Assembly (NCBI GenBank): GCA_031416315.1
Contig: JANOTL010000075.1
Coordinates: 1 to 64,000, forward strand
Direction of reading: 5' to 3'
DNA length: 64,000 bases
Origin: Pseudomonadota bacterium
GTDB lineage: Bacteria; Bdellovibrionota_B; Oligoflexia; Oligoflexales; CAIYRB01
This document shows positions 19,098-29,004 of the stretch, in pieces (the first letter of the stretch is position 1; each line of letters opens with the position of its first letter). The notes beneath the pieces were generated by a model. The model was given only the letters and a program-made list of their open reading frames with translations. It had not been told where the DNA came from and searched no databases. Made by a program: the position numbers and the translations under genes.

Positions 19098-19625
19098 ATG
19101 CTTCGCTTGCCGTTCCTCGTCTTGCTCCTTTGCTCGGGCCTCGCGCGTGCAGAGGACGCAAGCTTCGCGGCCGTCGGAAAGGGCATCTTCGCCGCGGTGA
19201 AGGGCGGAAAGCCGTTGGCGCCGTTCGTGCAGTCCGAGGGCTTCGAGCTGACGTACGGCGGCTCCGACCGCGTCGACGGGACCAAGAATGCCTCGCCGGT
19301 GAAGCTCGCGGCCAAAAAAATCGACGAAAAGATCGAAGTGGTCGTCAAGGCCGACGGCAGGGGCTGGATGGTGGAGGAATCGAAGCAGAAGCCAAAGGCG
19401 CGCACCTTCAAGCACGTGCTGCGAATCGCGGACGAGCTGCGCCACGGCATGCCGGTAGCGGACCTCGACTCCTACCTCGTCACGAGCCTCGACGAAAAGG
19501 CGCGCAAGGTTACGATCGGCAACACGTCGGTCACGGTCGAGTTCGCGCTGGCGAAGGAGGGGGAAGGCAAGAAGGCTCCGTGGAAGATCCGCACGGTCGC
19601 CCTCTCGGAGGACGACCCGGGATAG
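19098..19625 (+). CDS. Hypothetical secreted protein
   Basis: Signal peptide ending LARA; genome-like codon usage. Confidence 0.75.
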   Translation: MLRLPFLVLLLCSGLARAEDASFAAVGKGIFAAVKGGKPLAPFVQSEGFELTYGGSDRVDGTKNASPVKLAAKKIDEKIEVVVKADGRGWMVEESKQKPKARTFKHVLRIADELRHGMPVADLDSYLVTSLDEKARKVTIGNTSVTVEFALAKEGEGKKAPWKIRTVALSEDDPG

Positions 19626-21680
19626 TCAAGAACGCTTTTCTCCCCGCAAAAGCCTCTCCGCATCCGCCAACCCATCCGGCGACCCGATCAAGTGCGCGAC
19701 GTCCCCAGGCCGGAACACGAAATCTCCTCCCGGCACCGTCGTCCCCAACCCATCCCGGAAAATCGAGACCACCGAGGTTCCCGTCCTTTCGCGCAGATTG
19801 AGGTCGGCGAGGGTGCGGTTGACGGCGGCATACTGGTCGCCGATGCGCATCGGGCGGATCGAAGACAAAGCCTCCCAGGACGGGAGATTCAAGGTCGGGC
19901 TCTGCAGCGCCGAGGTCATTTGCGCGAACGTGTTGAGTTGTTGCCGCGCTTGCTGCATGTAGCTTCGGATCTCGTCCGACTCGACGCCGTAAACTTTCAG
20001 GGCCCGCGCCAAAAGCTCGACCGAAGTCTCCACCTCGGCGACGACGATGTCCAAGGCCGGATCGCGCTTGATGGATTCGAGCTCGCGCAGATACTGCGCG
20101 CGGACGATGATCTGGACGTCCGGACGCAGCGCGCGCACCTCGGCGATGATGTGGGGCACGATCTTCGAGCCGGATACCGAGATCACCACGAGCTTGGCCT
20201 CGCCGAGGCCCGCGTGCTCCAGGACGTCGCCCCGCGTCGCGTCGCCGAAATGCACCGGCACGCCCTCGGCCTTCAGCTTCTTCACCATGTCGTAATTGAG
20301 CTCGATCGCCTGAAAATGGATGCCGAGCGCGTCCATCGCGGCCGCCATGTTTTTTCCGGCGATGCCGAAGCCGATGATGATGGCGTGGCCGACTCCGCCT
20401 TTTTTCAGGGTCGAGCGCAGGCCGCGGCCCTCCGGCGAGGCGCCCGCCGCGCGCCACGCCGAGCCGCCGAAGCGCGCGTTGAGGGCCAGCTTCGGCGCGA
20501 GGCGGAAAAGAAAGGGAGTAAACACCATCGAGAGCACCGAGACGCTGAGAAAGTACTGATGCTCGTCCTTGGTGAAGAGCCCGAGGTCGAGCCCGCGCGA
20601 CGCGAGGATGAACGAGAACTCGCCGACCTGCGCGATCATCAGCGCGACGATCGCCGCGATCGAAAGGGGCGAGCGGTTGAACAGGCAGACGATGACGCCG
20701 ATGAAGGCCTTGATCGCCAGACCCGCCAAACCGAGGCCCAGGACCATGGCGAGGTGCGTGAAGACGAAATTGAGGTCGAGCAGCATGCCGATCGAGGCGA
20801 AGAAAAGGCCGAGGAAGTTGTCCCGCATCGGCACCACGTCGGCCGTCACCTGTCTTCCGTAGGGGCTTTCCGACACCATCATCCCCGCGGCAAAGGCGCC
20901 GAGGCCGAGGGACAGGCCCCCGAGGTGGAAGAGATAGGCGACGCCGAGCAGGAGAAAGAGGACGCAGAAGAAGAAGACCTCGCGGCTCCGCGTGCTCACC
21001 ACCTTCTCGAAAAACAAGGGGATCACGTAGCGAGACAACGTATAGAGGAGGGCGAGTGAGCCCACGACCTTGCCGACCGTGAGCAGCGCGCCGCGCACCG
21101 ACCAGAACTCGGCCAGGGAATCGCCGAGCGAGGCGCCGACCGCCGACACGACGCCGCCGCCGGCCGCCAGAAAGGGAAGGGCGAGCATCATCGGGATGAC
21201 CGCGAGATCCTGGAAGAGGAGGATCGAGACGGCGCTCTTGCCGTAAGGCGTCTCGACGTCCCGCGCGTCCTGCAGGAGCTTCATCACCAAAGCCGTCGAG
21301 CTCAGGGCGATGAGGCAGCCGAAGAAGACGCCTTTCGGCATCGACACGCCTAGGACCCCGTGTGCGACGATCGCCGTCAGCATCACGGTGAGGAGGACCT
21401 GCAGGAGCCCGAGCTTGAGGAATTCGCGCCGGAGCTCGATCAATTTTCGAAACGAGAACTCGAGCCCGATGGTGAACATCAGGAAAACGCCGGCGATCTC
21501 CGCCAAACTGTCGGCCGCCGGGAGCGACGAGACGAGGCCGATGCCGGAGGGGCCGACCAGCATGCCGGCGACGATGAAGCCGACGATGGTTGGGAGCTTC
21601 AGCCAAAAGCAAACGGTCGCCACCAGCGTCGCGGCGCCGAATAGGATCAAGAGCTCTAAGAAGATTCCGGAATCGATCAT
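19626..21680 (-). CDS. CPA2 cation:proton antiporter (KefC/KefB-like) with TrkA-N and TrkA-C domains
   Basis: LMFTIGLEFS, ILLFQDLAV, QVGEFSFI, IIGFGIAG, FGDATR. Confidence 0.95.
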   Translation of the reverse strand: MIDSGIFLELLILFGAATLVATVCFWLKLPTIVGFIVAGMLVGPSGIGLVSSLPAADSLAEIAGVFLMFTIGLEFSFRKLIELRREFLKLGLLQVLLTVMLTAIVAHGVLGVSMPKGVFFGCLIALSSTALVMKLLQDARDVETPYGKSAVSILLFQDLAVIPMMLALPFLAAGGGVVSAVGASLGDSLAEFWSVRGALLTVGKVVGSLALLYTLSRYVIPLFFEKVVSTRSREVFFFCVLFLLLGVAYLFHLGGLSLGLGAFAAGMMVSESPYGRQVTADVVPMRDNFLGLFFASIGMLLDLNFVFTHLAMVLGLGLAGLAIKAFIGVIVCLFNRSPLSIAAIVALMIAQVGEFSFILASRGLDLGLFTKDEHQYFLSVSVLSMVFTPFLFRLAPKLALNARFGGSAWRAAGASPEGRGLRSTLKKGGVGHAIIIGFGIAGKNMAAAMDALGIHFQAIELNYDMVKKLKAEGVPVHFGDATRGDVLEHAGLGEAKLVVISVSGSKIVPHIIAEVRALRPDVQIIVRAQYLRELESIKRDPALDIVVAEVETSVELLARALKVYGVESDEIRSYMQQARQQLNTFAQMTSALQSPTLNLPSWEALSSIRPMRIGDQYAAVNRTLADLNLRERTGTSVVSIFRDGLGTTVPGGDFVFRPGDVAHLIGSPDGLADAERLLRGEKRS

Positions 21681-21732
21681 CCCGGCAGTTTACCAGATTG
21701 CCCGAGGCGGCGGCACCTAGTCGGAAAGCCCC

Positions 21733-24603
21733 TTACGGCAGAACCGGCAGTCGGAAGTCGAAAGATACCGAGGCGCTGTAAGCCTCGACGAAGAGCAAAG
21801 CCTCGCCCGTCGGCGTGATCGAGGCGTCGAGCTTCGGCATCGCAGCGAGACCCCCGAGCGCGTCGATGATCGATGACGCCGGCTTCAACCTGCCCCCGTT
21901 CGAGGGGTCTGGGCCGAAGCGTACGGCTTTGGCACCCTTGATCGTTCCATCGACCGTCAGCATCAACATCCCGCCGCCTTCAGAAACGGCCATGCGGACC
22001 AATGTCGTCGGGTCGAAGACAGCACCGTCCAAGCTCGCAATCATAGCGGGAGAGAACGCTCCGTTCGCATCGACGGACGCGACGCCGAATTGGCCGCTGC
22101 CGTCGTTGGTGGCCATGAAGTACCGCTCATTCGTCGTAAAAAACGCTGCGGGACGGGCATTCTGGAACCATAACAAATTTCCGCCCACCACTCCGGCGCT
22201 GACACGACTCAAGCGCACGGACGGATCCCCCGTAGTCCCCGCAGGAGGGGGGTCTTTGAAGACGATGTCGAATCGGTCGACGCCGAGCTTGCCGATCCCG
22301 AGAAGCTCGGCGCCGGCGCCTTGGTAGATCAGAGAAGGCGCCGACCAAGCGCGCGGGCCGCCGCCTGCAGGGAAGCGGATCGTGCGCATCTCGACCGACG
22401 GATCGCCCGCCGCCGGCTGGCGGGTCCAGGCGACGACGCCGTTACCTTGGTCGTCGAGGGTCGCTTGCATGACTCCGATAAGGGCCGAGCCGACGACGAG
22501 GTCGAGTGGGCTCAGCGGCCACTTCAGTCCGGGAGTCGCACCGTTCGGAAGATATGTGCCGTAGAGAGCCTTCCAGTTGCTCCCGTAATTGTAGGTCACC
22601 ACATGATCGCCATTATTGTTGGTGACGACTTTGACCGTCGTAGGAAGGTCTACGTACGGCGTTTTGGCCTCGAGGTCGGGATCATATTTTAACATTCCAT
22701 CCCGCGTGACGCGGTTGTCGAATATTAAGTAGGGCGAAGAAATCCCTTTAGTGCCGATCACCACGGCATCTCCGGCCTCGTTTATCGAGACGCTTACCAG
22801 ATAGGGTTTGGCAAGCAGGCCCGACCGGGCGAGGGTGGTTGGTTGCCAGGTGCCGGTGTTGGTGGCGGCGTCGTACTTCCAGCGCCTCACAAACACACAA
22901 AATCTCGAGGTCGGGTCGACGTCCTTGCTCCACGCAAAGACGATGTCCCGATTGGCGCCCATTGCCGCGACACTTTCGCCTGGGGCGACCGCAACCTGAT
23001 CCATCGTCGGGTCGAGAAGGCTCGTCCAGACACCGCCGTCCGCACCGAACCGCTTCGCCGTCATGCCGAACGAATGTCTCTTGAGCAAGACCACGTCGCC
23101 GCGGGCATTGCTCAAGAAATGTTGCAGGTTCTCGCCGCCGACGATCAAGCCCGGCGTCGCCGCCGACCACTGCGCGGGACTCGTCCGGAACATCATCGAC
23201 TGTGCTTGCGACGTCGCGAACCTCCCATCCCGCAAGCCACTCGAGATCGCGATCCTATAGGCCGAGTCGACGCGCAAATCGCGATTGAAGTCGACGCGCA
23301 AGCGGTCGCCTTCCACGACCACGGTCGAGGGGATCGCCTCGCCGGTCGTGAGGTCCAGGAGCGCGACCGTCGCCGAAGACGCTAGGAAGGGAACGGTGCC
23401 GGTATTGACGCTCGCGACCTCGAGCTTTCGATCAAAAATCATGTCTATGCCGCGCGCACGCGGATCGAGGGTACTTCCTGGCGCAACGCTGAGATGGAGG
23501 AGCTTGGCGCCCCCGTCACTCGGCTCGACCGCAGTCCCTGGCGCTTCGCCGTCTGGCGTCGTGGCGGAGTCCGAGCCGAGCGGGATTGCAACCGACTCCG
23601 TCGACCAGGCAGATGCCGTGATCCTTTCCAGCGCATCGCGACACTCGACGCGGCAGAATGCCGTGCGAACAACCTTATCCGGCGGGACCATCGTCGAGCC
23701 AGAGGTCTCGGTGCGGGTGGGGACGCGATATTGAGCCCTGATGCGGTCGCTGCCGAAAGCCACCGAACAATACTGTACGGGCGTGCTCGCCGACGCGCTG
23801 CAGTAAAGCGTGCGACTCCGCTCATCGAACTTGATCGAAGGGGTCGACCAGGTCGTCACTGCTTCTGCACGGGTCGTCGTCGCACGAGTGACGGCCGTCT
23901 GCAGCTCCGTCGTGGCGACGATGCGTTTCTCGAGCGCTCGATCCGAGAGCGCCGGCTGGTAGACGCCGAAGAACTGGATGGCGAAGCTGACGTTACCGTC
24001 GGGAAGGAAGGTCAGCTCGCTGGGGGGAATGGCGCCCACGACGTAGCGATTCTCGGCCGCGACGAAGACCCGAAAGGCGATGAAGACGCGCGCACGATCG
24101 AGCTCGACGAGGCCAAGGCCTTCTCCGAGCGCCACGGAGACGGTGAACGGCACCGCGGCGTCGATTGGAGTCGAGGAGTTGACGATGACGGCGGCGCCGG
24201 CGGTGCTGATGAAGTTGTCCGTCTCGAGGCCGAGCTCGTCGGCGAGGCCGCCGCCGACGATCGACTCCCCCTCCTCGACGGAGACCTCGGTGTCGATCGC
24301 GAGGGCACCCGGCGGAAACGAGACGCTGGAGCTCGAGATGGCTGACCCGCCGCTCGCCTGCACGAGCTGCGCTGACGTGCTGGCCTTGCTCACCTTGGCG
24401 GTGACGACCGCTCCGTCATCTTGCAGGACGACTGGTTGATTCGAAGCGGGAACTGCGGCGGTCGGCAAGGCGATGACCGAAGCCAACGGTCTCGTACTCT
24501 TGTCCGTTTTCTGCGCCGCTTTGTCTTGGCTGAGAAAGCCGGGCCCGTTGAGACACCCGCTCAGCAAAAAGACAACCATCAATGCGATATGCTTGCCGTT
24601 CAT
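21733..24603 (-). CDS. Large lipoprotein: ZU5-like N-terminal region, Ig-like (Big_5-like) domain, beta-rich repeats
   Basis: Lipobox LSGC; SVSFPPGAL; SVAPGST...FDRKL...YRIAISSGLRD...FRT. Confidence 0.8.
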   Translation of the reverse strand: MNGKHIALMVVFLLSGCLNGPGFLSQDKAAQKTDKSTRPLASVIALPTAAVPASNQPVVLQDDGAVVTAKVSKASTSAQLVQASGGSAISSSSVSFPPGALAIDTEVSVEEGESIVGGGLADELGLETDNFISTAGAAVIVNSSTPIDAAVPFTVSVALGEGLGLVELDRARVFIAFRVFVAAENRYVVGAIPPSELTFLPDGNVSFAIQFFGVYQPALSDRALEKRIVATTELQTAVTRATTTRAEAVTTWSTPSIKFDERSRTLYCSASASTPVQYCSVAFGSDRIRAQYRVPTRTETSGSTMVPPDKVVRTAFCRVECRDALERITASAWSTESVAIPLGSDSATTPDGEAPGTAVEPSDGGAKLLHLSVAPGSTLDPRARGIDMIFDRKLEVASVNTGTVPFLASSATVALLDLTTGEAIPSTVVVEGDRLRVDFNRDLRVDSAYRIAISSGLRDGRFATSQAQSMMFRTSPAQWSAATPGLIVGGENLQHFLSNARGDVVLLKRHSFGMTAKRFGADGGVWTSLLDPTMDQVAVAPGESVAAMGANRDIVFAWSKDVDPTSRFCVFVRRWKYDAATNTGTWQPTTLARSGLLAKPYLVSVSINEAGDAVVIGTKGISSPYLIFDNRVTRDGMLKYDPDLEAKTPYVDLPTTVKVVTNNNGDHVVTYNYGSNWKALYGTYLPNGATPGLKWPLSPLDLVVGSALIGVMQATLDDQGNGVVAWTRQPAAGDPSVEMRTIRFPAGGGPRAWSAPSLIYQGAGAELLGIGKLGVDRFDIVFKDPPPAGTTGDPSVRLSRVSAGVVGGNLLWFQNARPAAFFTTNERYFMATNDGSGQFGVASVDANGAFSPAMIASLDGAVFDPTTLVRMAVSEGGGMLMLTVDGTIKGAKAVRFGPDPSNGGRLKPASSIIDALGGLAAMPKLDASITPTGEALLFVEAYSASVSFDFRLPVLP

Positions 24604-24639
24604 CCGTCACCCCGAAGCGTCTAAAAGCCGGCTGATTCT

Positions 24640-24667
24640 GTTTCGGGGCCGATTGATCTTCACTTGA
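24640..24667 (-). promoter_or_regulatory. sigma28 (FliA)-like promoter
   Basis: TCAAG-N15-CCCGAAAC on the minus strand. Confidence 0.55.
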
Positions 24668-24736
24668 GGGCAGAAGATAAAACCTTATCCTTACAATTAT
24701 TTAACCGTGACGGAGGGTCGGCCCTCGCGGGACCGA

Positions 24737-24774
24737 ATCTGGCGGCCCGCTCGCCGCCGAGCGGGCCGCCAGAT
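24737..24774. terminator. Perfect 17-bp hairpin after the small secreted-protein gene
   Basis: ATCTGGCGGCCCGCTCG-CCGC-CGAGCGGGCCGCCAGAT; no adjacent U-tract. Confidence 0.55.
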
Positions 24775-24782
24775 CGCGCGCG

Positions 24783-25202
24783 TCACTCCTTGATGAGGCC
24801 CTGCACATCCGCCTCGGCGGGGAGATAATCCTTGTCGAGCTTGAACGAGAGGGTGCCGCCGGCAAGCCCCGTGGCCCCGCAGTGGAGCACGATCTTCTTC
24901 ACGGACTTTTTCATCACGGCTTTCGCCGTTTTGTCGGTGCAGTAGTTGGCGAGCGCGGTGTAGATGGGCGCAATCGAGTGCCGGGCGTTGGCCGCGACGG
25001 CCGCGTCCGTGCACTTGTCGATGTTGACGGAGGCGGCAATTTTGACGCCGCAGGCTTTGTCGGCGGCTGCCGCGCCCGTAGCGGCATTCGTCTTGTACGC
25101 CTCTTCGACATCCTTGAAAGCGTCGCGAACCGCCTTCGGGGCTCCCGCGAATGCGATCGTCGCGCTCAAAGCTGCAGCTAGTGCCAAGGTCTGGCGAATC
25201 AT
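24783..25202 (-). CDS. Small secreted protein with four Cys
   Basis: SD GGAGG before ATG 25202; signal peptide MIRQTLALAAALSATIAFA. Confidence 0.8.
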   Translation of the reverse strand: MIRQTLALAAALSATIAFAGAPKAVRDAFKDVEEAYKTNAATGAAAADKACGVKIAASVNIDKCTDAAVAANARHSIAPIYTALANYCTDKTAKAVMKKSVKKIVLHCGATGLAGGTLSFKLDKDYLPAEADVQGLIKE

Positions 25203-25294
25203 CGGAACCTCCACGCAAGGAAAATTGAAAGTCGAGCAGTTGCCATAGATTTCGGTGACACGATGATAGCACGCGGCGAACGTTGCCGCTCTTC

Positions 25295-27154
25295 TCAGAA
25301 CTGCAGGTGAATCGCCTGAAGCTTCTTCCGTGCCTTTTCGCCCTCGGCGTCGAGGCGGAAGGAGGTCGCGGCGTCCTCTTCGATCATCTTCCGCAGCTTC
25401 TTGCGCAGCGCACGCTTCGGCTCGGGCAGCTGCTCTAACGAAGTCCAATAGGCCTCGCGCTCTTGCGCCACCATCTCCGGCGTCACCGAGCGCAACGCGG
25501 TGTACTCGGGAGCACGCGCACGCTTCTTGTCCGTGACCAACTCAGCGCGCAGCTTCGTCAACCAGGCGCGGTATTGGCTCGCCATCGACGGCCCGGAGGC
25601 CGAGGGTCCGATGACGAGGCTGTTGCCCGTGTCGAGCAACTCGCAGCGTGGATCGGCGTTGATCGAGCCGACGAAGAGATAGTCGCCGGCGATCCACACT
25701 TTGGCGTGCAGCGACTCCTCGGTCATGTATTCGTAGATCTCGACCTGCCCGGGTTGCGCGATCTTGAAGAGGTTCTCGTACTGGATGCGCGCGCCCTTGG
25801 CGATGTAGCCCAGGTCCGACGAAGCCGGCGAGTTCGACTGGATCACGAGCCGGACGCCGCGCGACAGCGCCCGCTGGATCGCTTCCTGGATGCGGGCCGG
25901 CAGGAAGAGGTAGGCGTTGTGGAGCGTGATCTCCTCGCCGCTCTTCAGCTCGTCGACCTTTTTCACGAAGAGCAGAGCTTGCTCGCTCGGCTCCTCGCGA
26001 AGGAGCTTCGAGCCCGTGCCGCCGCCGGGGAACATGCGGTTCTCCACGTACGCGACCGAGGCATCCTTCGCCACGAGACGACCGGCGTGAATGGGCTCGT
26101 AGGTGCGGGCGTATCCGCGCGTGCTCTTGAACTCGGCGGCGCGCTTTTGGATCTCGGCCATGACCGTCTTCGCCGTCGCGTCGTCGGCCGGCGTCTCGAG
26201 CGCGTGCGCGATGCCGGCGCTGCAGCTCGTGCTCGCCGTGCACTCCCAGTACTTGTCAAAAGTCTCGAGCGCGCGCTTCGCGATGCGTGCGTCACGCACG
26301 AAAAAGTCGGCGTCCATGAAGATGTACTTCTTGATGTTGTGGTCGACGCGCAGCTGGTCGTCCTTCTCCCAGTGGTAGGCGTCCTCCATGTTGCGGCCGC
26401 CTCCCTGGAGGTAGAGGCCGTCGACGAGCAAGAGCTTGTGGTGGTTCCACTTGGTGAGGTCGAACCACGACTGACCAGAGAAGGTGCCCTGGGGCACGGC
26501 CTCTTTGAGGTTCGCGAGCAGGGCCTCGAAGCGCGCTTCGTTCAGGTCGGCGGAGGCCATCTCGTCGAAGAACTTGCGGAAGGCCGTGCCGATCGGACCT
26601 TCCTTCTTGAGCAGCGCGTTGCCGGCAACGAGCTTGTTCAGGCTCGCGGGATCGCCCGTGGCGATGATCTCGGCGAAGGCGCGGAAATCGCCGAATCCGA
26701 GGGCCTTGAGGTCGTCGATCACGTCCTGCGGAAACGGGCGGAAGTAGCCGACCTGCAGGTTGCCGCCGCCCGCTTTCACCAGCGTCTTGAAGAAGGGGAG
26801 CGTGGTCATCGTCGTCTTCGCGTCGACGATGATGCGCACTTTGACGCCGGCCTTGGCCCTCTCGATCAGGGCCTCGGCCATGCGCGAGGCGGCGAAGTCT
26901 TCGCCGAACAAGAAGTATTGCACCTCGATCGAAGTCTTCGCGCTTTCGACCGCCGCGATCTTGGCGTCGAACGAGCTGCCGTTGCCGACGTCTACGGTCG
27001 CTTCGTCCACTTTGGCGAAGCGGGGGTCCTCGATCGATAAGGCGATGGTGGCCGATGCGCCTTGGTCGTCTCCGTCCGTTGCCTTGAGGCCCGTGCCACC
27101 ATTCGGCGTCCGGCACGCCGTCAACAGCACGAGCGTCGCGAGTGCGAGTCTCAT
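25295..27154 (-). CDS. Phospholipase D superfamily lipoprotein
   Basis: Lipobox LTAC; HHKLLLVD...GGRN and HAKVWIAGD...GSIN motifs. Confidence 0.9.
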   Translation of the reverse strand: MRLALATLVLLTACRTPNGGTGLKATDGDDQGASATIALSIEDPRFAKVDEATVDVGNGSSFDAKIAAVESAKTSIEVQYFLFGEDFAASRMAEALIERAKAGVKVRIIVDAKTTMTTLPFFKTLVKAGGGNLQVGYFRPFPQDVIDDLKALGFGDFRAFAEIIATGDPASLNKLVAGNALLKKEGPIGTAFRKFFDEMASADLNEARFEALLANLKEAVPQGTFSGQSWFDLTKWNHHKLLLVDGLYLQGGGRNMEDAYHWEKDDQLRVDHNIKKYIFMDADFFVRDARIAKRALETFDKYWECTASTSCSAGIAHALETPADDATAKTVMAEIQKRAAEFKSTRGYARTYEPIHAGRLVAKDASVAYVENRMFPGGGTGSKLLREEPSEQALLFVKKVDELKSGEEITLHNAYLFLPARIQEAIQRALSRGVRLVIQSNSPASSDLGYIAKGARIQYENLFKIAQPGQVEIYEYMTEESLHAKVWIAGDYLFVGSINADPRCELLDTGNSLVIGPSASGPSMASQYRAWLTKLRAELVTDKKRARAPEYTALRSVTPEMVAQEREAYWTSLEQLPEPKRALRKKLRKMIEEDAATSFRLDAEGEKARKKLQAIHLQF

Positions 27155-27219
27155 CGCGCGATCTCCGCCTGGTTCCTGGTTGTTTCCGAGGGATTCAGAC
27201 GAATGATATCATAGCGGTA

Positions 27220-27603
27220 TCAGGGCCGGCGCCGAACGTGGCCGCCCGTGTGAACGCGGCCCGACGGCGCTTCCGTGAAGCTCACGTAAACGTTCCCCGG
27301 CTCGAGCCGGAAGCCTTCCGCCAGGCAGCGCGCCGTCGTCTCCAGCATCGCGGCGATCAGGGCATCGCTGCGGCCCTCGAAGGCGATGAGCTCGACGAGC
27401 GGCGGATGCGTGTCGCGCTCGGCGCCCGTCGCGGCCGTCTCACCCTCGACGTAGTGCGCCGGCGCGAGCGGCAGAAACGTCGCCCAGATGGCGTGCGCGG
27501 GAACGCCGGCAACGCGGGCGAGCTCGACGCAGGTCGCGCTCAGCACGGCGGTGACGTCGACTTCGGGCGGAGGCGGTAAGGCCATGATCTTCAAGACGGG
27601 CAT
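27220..27603 (-). CDS. Tautomerase/MIF-superfamily-like protein
   Basis: Pro directly after Met, beta-alpha-beta pattern, LEPGNVYVSF. Confidence 0.6.
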   Translation of the reverse strand: MPVLKIMALPPPPEVDVTAVLSATCVELARVAGVPAHAIWATFLPLAPAHYVEGETAATGAERDTHPPLVELIAFEGRSDALIAAMLETTARCLAEGFRLEPGNVYVSFTEAPSGRVHTGGHVRRRP

Positions 27604-27606
27604 GGA

Positions 27607-29004
27607 TCAAAGCCTCGACAGGACGCGCGCCAAACCCGAGCGACGCTCGACGAGCGCCGCAACTGACGGCGCGTCGTCACCGGCGAAAAGCGCCAGCGGA
27701 CGCCCCGTCGCCTGCACGAATTCTCCCTGGAGGAAGAGCGCGCGGGCGAAGGCCAGGGGATTCGTCCGGTATGGCTCGCCGCCGTCGAGAAGGGCCAGGA
27801 GTGGGACCAGGGTCTTGCTCTCGGTCGGGCCGACGGTCGCCTGCCCGCGCGCCGCGTTTTTCGGCCGCCCGACGCTCTCCGCTGCCACGATCCGCACGAA
27901 GCCCTCGGGCACGTCGGCGCCGCCGAGCTGCATCGCCGCGCCCCGTGTCAGAGCGACCGCGAGCTGCGCGTCCCGGCTCGCCGCGATGCGGGCGCCCTCG
28001 AGCGCGGCCACGAACTTTTGCGTCGCAGGCGGCAAGCTCGTCGCACGGATCAGCTCGCCGCCTTGGCCGGCGTCGCTGCGGCGCACGTGGCGGCCGAGCG
28101 CGATCAGCTCGATGGCCGGAGGCACCTCCAAATCGAGCGCAGCGACCTTGGTCGCGACGCGCTCCAAGGCTCTTTCGTCGCGTTTGCCCGCGCTGACGTA
28201 GCCGGCGGCCGCGGCGCCGAGGAAGGCCAAGACCGCGAGCAAAGCCCCCGCTTTTTGCGTCCGGCGGCTGGAGGCAGAGACCGCGAGCTGCCCTAGTTTC
28301 CCGACGACAGAGACGAGTGCGAGCACCAAGGCTGCCGGCGCGACGGCCAGGACGCCGAGCGCGATCCGGTCGACGACGATGCGATGCCGCAGGAAATCGT
28401 GCGCGAGAAAGGCCGGCTCGTAAAGCTGCACGGCCAAGAGAAAGAGCGCGAGCACGCCGGCGACGGCGGGCGCGATCAAGGCGCGGCGCCGGGGTAGGGT
28501 CACCGCGGCGAGGAGGCCGCCGAAAAAAGCGACGAGCAGCGTCACTTCGTAGACGCCGTAGAGCCAGAGCAGGTTCGATGCGTAGATCGGCGTGCCGCGC
28601 CCGTGCGCGTCGATCTCGGGCCGCCGTTCCACGTATTGGCCGACGTTCGGATCGTCCAAGGCGTGCTCGAGCGCTCGGAGCCGAATCCGGTGGCGGACGA
28701 AGGCCGTGCCCGAAGCGATCGGCTCGGCCCAAAGCTTGCGGGTCCCGGAAGACAGCACGAGCTCGGGCGCGTCGCTCCCGCGCGCCGGAAAAAGCTGCTG
28801 GTTCGTGTAGACGACCGCCTCGTCCTTGTCGACTTGCGGGATCCAGGCCTTGCCCGCTTCGAGGAGGAGGGCGGCCTCGACCGCGCCCATCGGCTTCAGA
28901 TAGACGACGTCGCCGGTGCGCTCGCCGCTCCAGCCCTGCCACAGCCCGAGGCCAACGGCGCCAAGCGCTAGGACGAAGACGAGGCCCACGGCCTCCGACC
29001 TCAC
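27607..29004 (-). CDS. Hypothetical membrane protein
   Basis: Several hydrophobic segments; GTG start overlapping the upstream TGA (GTGA at 29004-29001). Confidence 0.7.
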   Translation of the reverse strand: MRSEAVGLVFVLALGAVGLGLWQGWSGERTGDVVYLKPMGAVEAALLLEAGKAWIPQVDKDEAVVYTNQQLFPARGSDAPELVLSSGTRKLWAEPIASGTAFVRHRIRLRALEHALDDPNVGQYVERRPEIDAHGRGTPIYASNLLWLYGVYEVTLLVAFFGGLLAAVTLPRRRALIAPAVAGVLALFLLAVQLYEPAFLAHDFLRHRIVVDRIALGVLAVAPAALVLALVSVVGKLGQLAVSASSRRTQKAGALLAVLAFLGAAAAGYVSAGKRDERALERVATKVAALDLEVPPAIELIALGRHVRRSDAGQGGELIRATSLPPATQKFVAALEGARIAASRDAQLAVALTRGAAMQLGGADVPEGFVRIVAAESVGRPKNAARGQATVGPTESKTLVPLLALLDGGEPYRTNPLAFARALFLQGEFVQATGRPLALFAGDDAPSVAALVERRSGLARVLSRL

